A stretch of DNA of 64,000 nucleotides, from assembly GCA_035911175.1 (NCBI GenBank), contig JAMHWA010000009.1, positions 66,490 through 130,489 on the forward strand, in the 5' to 3' direction. A model generated the notes under the pieces. The model saw only the letters and a list, made by a program, of their open reading frames with translations, was not told where the DNA came from and ran no database searches. The translations under genes were made by a program, and so were the position numbers. The stretch's first letter is position 1; every line of letters starts with the position of its first letter. Positions 47,613-55,548 of this stretch are shown piece after piece. This stretch comes from Alphaproteobacteria bacterium (GTDB taxonomy: Bacteria > Pseudomonadota > Alphaproteobacteria > Rickettsiales > UBA3002).

Positions 47613-48653
47613 ATGTCCAAACCCGAAAAGAAGCCGACCCGCGACACGCAAACCAGTAATGTGTTCTTCGAACATAACCAGTTTTTGCCACTGCTGTATG
47701 GCGAGCGCGATGCACACCTGAAACGGCTGGAGCAGGCGCTGAGTGTGGAGCTAGTGGCGCGGGGTAACATGCTGTCCATCACGGGCTTGAAGCGGGATAT
47801 CGAGGCTGCGGAGACGTTGCTGCAATCGCTGTATGAGCAAATTAAAAATGGCGTAGAAATTACCGAGACCGACCTTGATGCAGCGATTCGCATGATGCCG
47901 CCGGTGAACGACAAAAAGCCTAAAAACCGCCATGGGGTGGATGCAGCGGATACGGATGTTTACATCCGCACCATGCGCAAAACCATCACGCCCTACAGCC
48001 ATGTGCAGGCGAACTATATCCGCGCGTTATATGATAACGACCTTGTGTTTGCCTTGGGGCCTGCAGGGACGGGGAAAACCTACATCGCGGTGGCGATGGC
48101 GGTCTATATGTTCCTCAACAAAAAAGTTGAGCGGATTATCCTCAGTCGCCCTGCGGTGGAAGCTGGCGAGAAGCTTGGGTTTTTGCCCGGTGACATGAAA
48201 GAGAAGCTCGACCCTTATATGCGCCCGCTGTACGATGCGCTGTTCGACATGATGCCCGCCGACCGTGTGCAAGAAGCGATTGAAAATGGTGAAATTGAGC
48301 TGGCGCCACTGGCGTTCATGCGTGGCCGCACGTTCAGCAATGCGTTTGTCATTCTCGATGAGGCGCAGAACACCACCCGCACGCAGATGAAAATGTTCCT
48401 CACCCGCATGGGCGAACGCTCGCGCATGATCATCACGGGGGACCACACGCAAATCGATTTGCCCAAGGATATTAAGTCGGGGTTGATGGATTGTATTCCC
48501 AAGGTGGAGAATATTCCCGGTATTGAAGTGGTGCGCTTTAGTGATGGTGACGTGGTGCGCCACCCGCTGGCGGCTAAAATCATCAAAGCCTATGATGATT
48601 GGGATGCTAAGAAGAAGCAATACGCCGAAGAGCGCGAGGGCGGACTGGATTAG
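47613..48653 (+). CDS. phoH: PhoH-like ATPase (YbeZ)
   Basis: GPAGTGKTY; ILDEAQN; ITGDHTQIDLP. Confidence 0.93.
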   Translation: MSKPEKKPTRDTQTSNVFFEHNQFLPLLYGERDAHLKRLEQALSVELVARGNMLSITGLKRDIEAAETLLQSLYEQIKNGVEITETDLDAAIRMMPPVNDKKPKNRHGVDAADTDVYIRTMRKTITPYSHVQANYIRALYDNDLVFALGPAGTGKTYIAVAMAVYMFLNKKVERIILSRPAVEAGEKLGFLPGDMKEKLDPYMRPLYDALFDMMPADRVQEAIENGEIELAPLAFMRGRTFSNAFVILDEAQNTTRTQMKMFLTRMGERSRMIITGDHTQIDLPKDIKSGLMDCIPKVENIPGIEVVRFSDGDVVRHPLAAKIIKAYDDWDAKKKQYAEEREGGLD

Positions 48654-48664
48654 CCAAAAAAAGA

Positions 48665-48684
48665 GCCACCTCTTGCGAGGTGGC
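48665..48684 (-). terminator. Hairpin GCCACCTC-TTGC-GAGGTGGC, followed by a T-run on the minus strand
   Basis: Perfect 8-bp stem. Seven A residues at 48656-48662 give a T-run for minus-strand transcripts (small ORF 48792-49007). The hairpin lies 12 nt after the phoH stop. Confidence 0.55.
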
Positions 48685-48791
48685 CCAGTTAGGATGGTGT
48701 GTTTCGTGATACCAGCCCATCTGCTGGTGCGTGTCCTTCAATCGTTGTTGTTAACTTGCCGAGGACTTGCCGCTTGCCGTGGTGTGTTCGT

Positions 48792-49007
48792 TTACGATGC
48801 GATAAAGCCGCGCATTTTGGCGTTCTGACTGTTGAACATCATGATGGAGCGAATGGCGTCCGAGTAGGTGGCGTCGGTACGCTTTTCGCCCGTGTAGAGG
48901 CTGATGATTTCATCCGCGTTCATTTTGTAGCGGTTCTTAAGGAACAGAACTTGCTCCTCTGCCATCGAGGCGATTGTTGCATTCACTTCGCGTTGTTGTT
49001 GGGTCAT
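48792..49007 (-). CDS. Small hypothetical protein (71 aa)
   Basis: GGAG lies 6 nt before ATG 49007. Amino-acid composition is ordinary, and a terminator hairpin lies downstream. The opposite-strand ORF 48699-49109 is Cys-rich and looks like junk. Confidence 0.45.
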   Translation of the reverse strand: MTQQQREVNATIASMAEEQVLFLKNRYKMNADEIISLYTGEKRTDATYSDAIRSIMMFNSQNAKMRGFIAS

Positions 49008-49166
49008 AACCATCTCCTGTTTTTTGTTGCTGCGCCTTGTGACGCTTACAGAAGGATATGCAACGGGCGTGCCAAGTGTGGGGATGGTTGCTTTAAGTGT
49101 CTGAGTTAAAATACGAAATATCGTTCTGGCTAAGTAACGATGGAAAAAACTGCTATTTACATTAAC

Positions 49167-49222
49167 TAGGCAAATAATTCCTAGTTAGGCAATAATTTCT
49201 TATACTAGGCAATTATTGCCTA
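49167..49222. repeat. Three TAGGCAA-containing repeats at about 19-20-bp spacing; the third is the palindrome TAGGCAA-TTA-TTGCCTA
   Basis: Copies start at 49167 (TAGGCAAATAATT, inside CTAGG...CCTAG), 49186 (TAGGCAATAATTT) and 49206 (TAGGCAATTATTGCCTA). Confidence 0.75.
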
Positions 49223-49226
49223 TCCT

Positions 49227-50234
49227 CTAGACTAGTTCGGGGTCGATATAAGGATAGAGCTCTTCCTCGCGCATTTGATGGCCTGCACCAAAGCTGGCGA
49301 TGTGGTAAATGCCGTCGCCCTCGTTCGCCAACGGGAGGATGGAGTTGCCGATGATGACGCCATCGACCGGTGAAAGGATGGTGTACTCGTAATCACCGAA
49401 CGGGTTGGTGATGAAGCCCAGCTTGTCGCCCTTGACGACGCGTTCCCCCAGTTTTTTACGGGTAATGAAAATGCCGCTGATGGGCGCACGCACCCACTGG
49501 CTGGATTTGGCGATGTAGGGTTTGGGGGTGGTGGTTTTTAGCTTCAATGGTGGCAACATACCCATCGCGCGCATAACGTTGAGGATGCCCTCGACGCCCA
49601 GCAGCGCGGCGCGGTGGTCGAAGCGCAGCGCGGTGCCTGCTTCATAGAGCAGCATCGGAATTTTTTTCTCATCCACCATTTCGCGTAAAGAACCGTCACG
49701 CGGGGAGGCATCCAAAATCACGGGCGCGCCGAAAGCGTTTGCCAATTCAAGGTTGGGCTTGTGCGAGAGGTCGGCGCGGATTTGTGGCAGGTTGCGGCGG
49801 TGAATGGCGCCCGTGTGCAGGTCGATCCCGCAGGTGGCGTGGTTCACAATCTCGGTGCGGAAAATATAGGCGATTTGGCTTGCCAGCGAGCCATGTTCTG
49901 CTCCTGGGAAACTGCGGTTCAGGTCACGCCTATCGGGCAAATAACGTGATTTGTCGTTAAACCCGAACACGTTGACGATGGGTATGGCAATCAGCGTGCC
50001 CTTGATGGATTTGAGCAGGCGGTGCTTCAGGAGGCGGCGGACAATATCGACGCCATTGATTTCATCACCATGAATGGCGGCAGAGACGAAAAGGGTGGGG
50101 CCTTCTTCGTCGCCACGCACAACTTCGACAGGGATTTTCATGTCGGTAAAATCGTAGAGCTTGGCAACGGTGATGGCGAGTTGTCGGCGCTCGCCGAGTG
50201 CTATTTCTTCGCCACCAATAGAGAGGATGCTCAT
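49227..50234 (-). CDS. Succinylglutamate desuccinylase/aspartoacylase-family zinc deacylase
   Basis: GPTLFVSAAIHGDEINGV zinc-ligand motif; 335 aa. ATGA overlap with the upstream MscS gene. Confidence 0.75.
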   Translation of the reverse strand: MSILSIGGEEIALGERRQLAITVAKLYDFTDMKIPVEVVRGDEEGPTLFVSAAIHGDEINGVDIVRRLLKHRLLKSIKGTLIAIPIVNVFGFNDKSRYLPDRRDLNRSFPGAEHGSLASQIAYIFRTEIVNHATCGIDLHTGAIHRRNLPQIRADLSHKPNLELANAFGAPVILDASPRDGSLREMVDEKKIPMLLYEAGTALRFDHRAALLGVEGILNVMRAMGMLPPLKLKTTTPKPYIAKSSQWVRAPISGIFITRKKLGERVVKGDKLGFITNPFGDYEYTILSPVDGVIIGNSILPLANEGDGIYHIASFGAGHQMREEELYPYIDPELV

Positions 50235-51127
50235 ACGCCCGCCTCACTCATCGCTTGGTTCACGTGAGTCATCCGGACCTCGCGCTGCGGGTAGGGGATT
50301 GTGATGTGGTTAGCCTTGAACTCAAGGAGAATCGTTTCCATGACTTCGCCTTTAGGCTCGAGGCGGCCATCAATCACATCAGCCACCCAGAAGTACATCA
50401 ACAGCTCGATGCCAAAATCCTTGAAGGAGTTGACTACACACAGCGAGGGACGGGACTTGGCTCGCTTGTGGTGGTTATTGGCGGCATCCAGCATGATTTT
50501 TTTGGCAAGCGCAAGATCGCTGTCATAGGAAATCGTGACGGTGATTTCGGCGCGGGCGTGTTTGTCGCGATGCGTCCAGTTAATCACGTGGTGGGTGATG
50601 AATTCCTCGTTCGGGATGAGCACGTCGCGGCCGTCTTGTGCCTCGAGCAAGGTGTAGCGCGCATTGGTGCGACGAACAAAGCCTGTGGTGCCATCGGCCA
50701 GCTCAATAAGGTCGCCCACCTCAATGGATTTCTCGAACAACAAGATGAGGCCGCTGATGAAGTTGCTGGAAATCTTTTGCAAGCCAAAGCCAAGCCCAAC
50801 CCCGAGCGCACCCCCAAACACGCTGAGCGCGGTGAGGTTGATGCCAAGCAACTGCATGCCCACAATGAAGGCGAAGCAGTAAATGAAAATTTGAAGCAGC
50901 TTCATGATGAGCGCGCGATTGCTGGCGCGCATGCCCTCGACCTTGCGCAAGCGGCGGTCGAGGCGTTTGACGAGGAACCCCGCTAGCCAAAAGAGTGCCA
51001 CCATGATGGCAATACTTTTCGCGATAACGTAGGGATTAAGCGTGAATGTGCCAAGCGATAGCGAGCCACTCGTCAGTTTATCGACGATGTCCTGATAGCT
51101 AATGCTTTTTAAAATCGGCGGTTCCAT
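50231..51127 (-). CDS. Mechanosensitive ion channel (MscS family)
   Basis: Three TM helices plus GDLIELADGTTGFVRRTNARYTLLEAQDGRDVLIPNEEFITHHVINWT (MscS beta domain). Confidence 0.85.
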   Translation of the reverse strand: MEPPILKSISYQDIVDKLTSGSLSLGTFTLNPYVIAKSIAIMVALFWLAGFLVKRLDRRLRKVEGMRASNRALIMKLLQIFIYCFAFIVGMQLLGINLTALSVFGGALGVGLGFGLQKISSNFISGLILLFEKSIEVGDLIELADGTTGFVRRTNARYTLLEAQDGRDVLIPNEEFITHHVINWTHRDKHARAEITVTISYDSDLALAKKIMLDAANNHHKRAKSRPSLCVVNSFKDFGIELLMYFWVADVIDGRLEPKGEVMETILLEFKANHITIPYPQREVRMTHVNQAMSEAGV

Positions 51128-51316
51128 AAGGCTTAATGATGTTTGGTTACCACTTTACCATACGAAGCCTATGCCGCTTGTAAAGCAATGCGCAAAAATT
51201 AGTTGCTTCGCAGCGTCGATTACGCTTAGGTCGTTGCATAACCTCCAAGGTGAAGTCGGTTGTAGGAACAATTAACGGGCAAAACGCCCACCAACCACTT
51301 TAGTCGATGGAGAGTA

Positions 51317-52642
51317 ATGATGAGTCTATTGAAACGCGCTTGGCTGCCAGCGCTGTTTTCGGCGTGCTTGGCGATGCCAGCATTTGCTGAAGAAGTTACA
51401 CAAAAAGTTGATACAGGTAACACCACATGGCTGCTGATGTCCGCCGCATTGGTGATGCTGATGACCCCCGGCCTTGCCTTTTTCTATGGCGGCATGGTGC
51501 ACCGTAAGAACGTGGTTTCTACCTTGCTGCAAAACTATGTCGCGCTGGCGATTGTGGGTATTGCATGGGTAGTGATTGGCTACAGCCTTGTATTTACCGA
51601 AGGCTCGGCATGGCTGGGCGGAACAACCCAAGCGATGCTTAAAGGGCTGGACACGCAGTTCTATGGTGAAACGGGTATTCCGCTGCTGGCATTTGTGGCC
51701 TTCCAGATGATGTTTGCGATTATTACGCCAGCACTCATCACCGGTGCCTTTGCCGAGCGCGTGAACTTTAAAGCATGGTTGCTTATCATGCTGGCTTGGA
51801 GCTTGGTGGTCTATGTGCCCGTTGCCCACTGGGTGTGGGGACCAGATGGCTGGATCCTGAAAGATGGCGGCCTTGATTTCGCCGGTGGCTTGGTAGTTCA
51901 CATTACCGCTGGTTTCTCGGCATTGGCATGTGGCTTCCTGTTTGGTCGTCGTAAGGCTGATGCTGCCCCAACCCCTAACGATGTGCCGATGATTATGCTC
52001 GGCGCTGCGTTGCTGTGGTTTGGTTGGTTTGGCTTTAACGCAGGCTCGGCAATCACCTCGGGTGCATTGGCGGCGCAAGCGTTCATGAACACCTTCCTTG
52101 CCGCTGCGGCTGCGTTCCTCGCGTGGATGGCTCTGGATTGGATGATTCACGGTAAGCCAACCGCGGTTGGTTCGTCGATCGGTTTGGTGGTGGGTCTTGT
52201 AGCCATCACCCCTGCGGCTGGTTTTGTGACGGTTCAATCGTCGCTCATCATCGGTGTTGTGGCAGCAATCATCTGCTTCATCATGGCTAGAGCGGTGAAG
52301 AAAATCAGCAAGCTGGATGATTCACTCGACGTATTCGCCTGCCACGGTGTGGGCGGCGTTGTTGGCGCCATCATGACCGGCCTGTATGCTGATAAGACCG
52401 TGAACTCTGCCGTATCGGTTCAGGGTTTCTTTGTCTCGGGCGAAATGGGTCTGCTTACAGCAAACACTAAGGCAGTGCTTGCAGTGGCGGCATTCTCGTT
52501 CGTTGCTACGATCGTTATCGTAAAAGTGGTCAACATCTTCACGTCCATTCGCGTGGGTACGGATGCTGAGGGCCACGGGCTTGATTCATCGCAGCATGGT
52601 GAATATGCGCGCGTGAACCAGAATCCCCGCTCAGTACGGTAA
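51317..52642 (+). CDS. amtB: Ammonium transporter
   Basis: Signal peptide; TGNTTWLLMSAALVMLMTPGLAFFYGG; DFAGGLVVHITAG; 441 aa. Confidence 0.93.
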   Translation: MMSLLKRAWLPALFSACLAMPAFAEEVTQKVDTGNTTWLLMSAALVMLMTPGLAFFYGGMVHRKNVVSTLLQNYVALAIVGIAWVVIGYSLVFTEGSAWLGGTTQAMLKGLDTQFYGETGIPLLAFVAFQMMFAIITPALITGAFAERVNFKAWLLIMLAWSLVVYVPVAHWVWGPDGWILKDGGLDFAGGLVVHITAGFSALACGFLFGRRKADAAPTPNDVPMIMLGAALLWFGWFGFNAGSAITSGALAAQAFMNTFLAAAAAFLAWMALDWMIHGKPTAVGSSIGLVVGLVAITPAAGFVTVQSSLIIGVVAAIICFIMARAVKKISKLDDSLDVFACHGVGGVVGAIMTGLYADKTVNSAVSVQGFFVSGEMGLLTANTKAVLAVAAFSFVATIVIVKVVNIFTSIRVGTDAEGHGLDSSQHGEYARVNQNPRSVR

Positions 52643-52662
52643 TTCTAAAACGCCTAACGAAA

Positions 52663-52693
52663 AGCCCGCCAGTTTATTCTGGCGGGCTTTTTT
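52663..52693 (+). terminator. Rho-independent terminator after amtB
   Basis: AGCCCGCCAG / CTGGCGGGCT 10-bp stem, 6-nt loop, then TTTTTT. Confidence 0.85.
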
Positions 52694-52720
52694 ATTGAGA
52701 AGATTTTTTAACGATGAGGG

Positions 52721-53746
52721 CTAGGCTTGTTTTAGCACCACCACGGCATACCAACCGAGGCCACTATATTCTTGATAACCAATGGTGCGCGCGTAGGCGA
52801 TAAGGTTGCCGCTAGCATCGGTATAGGCACCTTTACGCTGGTTATTGTTTGCCAATGGGAATGGCTCGAGCAAGCCTTGGTCATCGGATGCAGCGATGAT
52901 TCGCAAGTCAGCATCGAGCAACATAACGCGCGCGGATCTCCACTCGTCTTGGCTTAGGGTTGGCTCGTCACGTACAATGCCACGGGCCTGATTCTCCCAA
53001 TCGAAGTAGACGCCGAGAACACCGAGCGTTTCGCCCTGTAAGTTTCCATCACGGCGGACGCTGGCGGAGTAAACGGCCATCGGCTTGTTGCCATGCAGTG
53101 GGCAGCGATAGATGGGGTCGACTGCATATTCGTCACCACTTGCATGGTGCTTTGCATTTTGGAACCATGGTTGATGCGCAACGCTTGCGCCCGTTACGGC
53201 AGGGTAGCTGCCAGCCTGCGAGCTGGCGATGATGTTGCCTGAGATATCTGTCAGCACAAGGTCAGCATACACGGAATAGAAGCGGTTGATGATGCCTAGG
53301 CGCTCTGCGGCATAGGCGCGCGCTTCCTGCGTTGGATTGGTGAGGCAGTTCGTGAAGGCGGAATCGGTTGCCCACCAACGGCAGTCGGCAGTGCGCTCAT
53401 AAAGATTACGAACGATGAGCTGCACAAGGGTTTGCGCCATGTCGTAGAAGCGTGCATGCTCGGCTTGCTGGAACTCGCTCGATAGCTCGGTGGTTTGTTG
53501 TTTGAGTTTGGTGAGGAAGCTGGTGCGCAACTCCTTCGAGCTGTTGGCTGCCTGCTGCGCCAAGTTTTTAACTTCCTGCGCCACTACCGCAAAGCCGCGA
53601 CCAGCCTCGCCCGCGCGGGCGGCCTCGATCGTGGCGTTGAGTGCCAGCAAATTGGTTTGAGTGGCGATACCTTCGTTTGTGCGTGCAAATTTTTGCACTT
53701 CGGTTTGAATGGTGGAGATAATCGATTCAATTTCATTAGAGCGCAT
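52721..53746 (-). CDS. Soluble protein with an N-terminal mini methyl-accepting-chemotaxis signalling hairpin and a C-terminal Cache/PAS-like sensor region
   Basis: [39 protein letters not shown] is the conserved MCP hairpin tip. The C-terminal 220 aa show the pattern [14 protein letters not shown] ... PWF ... GVLGVYFDW ... [12 protein letters not shown]. No TM helix or HAMP domain is present. Confidence 0.7.
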   Translation of the reverse strand: MRSNEIESIISTIQTEVQKFARTNEGIATQTNLLALNATIEAARAGEAGRGFAVVAQEVKNLAQQAANSSKELRTSFLTKLKQQTTELSSEFQQAEHARFYDMAQTLVQLIVRNLYERTADCRWWATDSAFTNCLTNPTQEARAYAAERLGIINRFYSVYADLVLTDISGNIIASSQAGSYPAVTGASVAHQPWFQNAKHHASGDEYAVDPIYRCPLHGNKPMAVYSASVRRDGNLQGETLGVLGVYFDWENQARGIVRDEPTLSQDEWRSARVMLLDADLRIIAASDDQGLLEPFPLANNNQRKGAYTDASGNLIAYARTIGYQEYSGLGWYAVVVLKQA

Positions 53747-53860
53747 ATGTTACAGCCTTGTTGTAGTTTTGTTTTTTAAGTGCTTCTGCAACGCTTTTTT
53801 TTAATTACGAATAATGATGGATTAGCCAATATCTGGCAATGGGAATGAAACAAAATAAAG

Positions 53861-54766
53861 CTATTTTTTTTGCTTCAGTAACGTCTGAAACGTTTCCGCT
53901 ACAGTGGCGGGCGAAAGGCTCGCTAAATCATCGTTATCTTCACGTATGAAGGAAGCGCATGTGCCCCACGGTTGATAAATTTCGTGCGGGGTGGGCCCAA
54001 ACAAGCCAAGTGTAGGAATACTGGCGGCAGCAGCCATGTGCATCAGTCCTGAGTCGTTACCAATGAAGCCATGTGCGCGCTGCATGCAGGCAAACACGGT
54101 GAGCAAGTGGGCATCGCCATGCGTCAGGTCGATGGGTGAAAATGCGGCAAGTGCAGCGAGCATGGGCGCAGCCTTCTCGCGCTCGTGGCTGGCGCAAATG
54201 ATGACGGGGCGGTAGCCCGCGCATGCCCCCGTTAAAAGCGTAGTTGCCGCTTCGATGAAATAAGGAAGAGGCCACTCTTTGGGCGCCCAATTGGCGATAG
54301 GGGCAAAAACCAGATAGCGTGAACCATCGGGAAGCAAGGCCTTCGCAGCGTTTACATCCTCTTCTCGCGGCCAAAGTGTGGGGTAAGGCAGGGCACCTGT
54401 GCGAAGTACGTGCTCGTACTGCTTCACTTTTGGTGCGATGTGCTTGGTTTTACTGAATGTGTGACGCGCTGTGCTGCGCAGTGTGTAGCTCAGGATGGAA
54501 TTACGCATATCCCAGATTGCGTGCCAGCGCGTAGCGAAGGTGGCGCGCCAAAGTTTTAGCCAGTGGCGGTTGTAGGTTTGTTTGGTGACGGCGATGATGC
54601 GTTCAAGCCGAGGGTAGCCCTCAAACAGCGGCGCAGAGAGGGGGCTGGTGATGATGGTGACGCGCGCCATTGGTTCGGTGCTGAGCAAATGGCTTAAGAT
54701 GCTGGTCGCCAGCACCGCATCGCCGATGCGGGTGGGTGCTATGAAGAGGATGTGTTTTTCGTGCAT
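53861..54766 (-). CDS. Glycosyltransferase family 9 (LPS heptosyltransferase-like)
   Basis: ILFIAPTRIGDAVLATSILSHL N-terminus and GNDSGLMHMAAA near the C-terminus. Confidence 0.8.
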   Translation of the reverse strand: MHEKHILFIAPTRIGDAVLATSILSHLLSTEPMARVTIITSPLSAPLFEGYPRLERIIAVTKQTYNRHWLKLWRATFATRWHAIWDMRNSILSYTLRSTARHTFSKTKHIAPKVKQYEHVLRTGALPYPTLWPREEDVNAAKALLPDGSRYLVFAPIANWAPKEWPLPYFIEAATTLLTGACAGYRPVIICASHEREKAAPMLAALAAFSPIDLTHGDAHLLTVFACMQRAHGFIGNDSGLMHMAAAASIPTLGLFGPTPHEIYQPWGTCASFIREDNDDLASLSPATVAETFQTLLKQKK

Positions 54767-54870
54767 GGGTCGGTCTTAGACGCAGTGCAAAATGAATACA
54801 ACGCGCAATTTGCTATACTTTTGGGCAACTTAATTTTACATTAATAAGCTTGAACCTACAAAGGTGTGCC

Positions 54871-55545
54871 ATGATCCGCTTCGATAACCATGCATTCAAG
54901 GGATTGGATGAGTCCTTGAAACAATTGTTTAGCTTGCTGACCAGCATGAGCGATAGCACGGAACAATTGATTGCCCTGCTGCGTCCTGCACTCGAGAAGG
55001 CAGATGCTGAAAATTTTGCGCGGGCAAAGGAAATTGATAAGGCCGTGAATGAGTACGAGCTGAAGGTCGATAGTGTGGTTAGCGGCATTATCAACAAATA
55101 TACCGTAACGGGAGAAGAGCTGCGCTTCACGCTTTCGGCAGTTAAAATTTCCGGCACGCTGGAGCGCGCGGCAGACAAAATGAAGAATTGTGCTAAACGC
55201 TTTAGCCGTATCAGCGCGCCATTGGATACGCCCGTGCGCCAACAATTGGCCGTTGCGATTGATGCCTTGGCGGCGATGATTCCTCTCTCGATGTCGCAGG
55301 TGCTTGATTATAAGATTGAGACCACCGAAGCGATCTTAAAACATGGTGCAAGCGTACAAAACGCTTACCGATCGATTCTACTGCATTTGCATGACCATAA
55401 ATCTAGCGCAGATGACGAGACACACGCCTTGCTAGTAGCAAAAAACCTCGAGCAAGCAGCCGATATGGCCGTAGAGATTATGAAAGTCTGCCATTTTGTT
55501 CACTTCGCCACAAAGTTCGATAAACGCGCGGGCGCTGTGGCCTAG
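54871..55545 (+). CDS. PhoU-family protein (divergent, not linked to pst genes)
   Basis: Two-repeat helical protein. ELRFTLSAVKISGTLERAADKMKNCAK parallels the PhoU DLR....KI..DLERIGD.A.NIA motif. Confidence 0.6.
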   Translation: MIRFDNHAFKGLDESLKQLFSLLTSMSDSTEQLIALLRPALEKADAENFARAKEIDKAVNEYELKVDSVVSGIINKYTVTGEELRFTLSAVKISGTLERAADKMKNCAKRFSRISAPLDTPVRQQLAVAIDALAAMIPLSMSQVLDYKIETTEAILKHGASVQNAYRSILLHLHDHKSSADDETHALLVAKNLEQAADMAVEIMKVCHFVHFATKFDKRAGAVA

Positions 55546-55548
55546 GCG

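Noticed and set aside
51128-51316. Sigma-54 (GG-N10-GC) promoter and NtrC sites upstream of amtB, and a missing glnK.
   Set aside because: I found no convincing TGGCAC-N5-TTGC element. TAGGTCGTTGCA has the wrong spacing. The absence of glnK next to amtB is noted, but it is not unusual enough to report.
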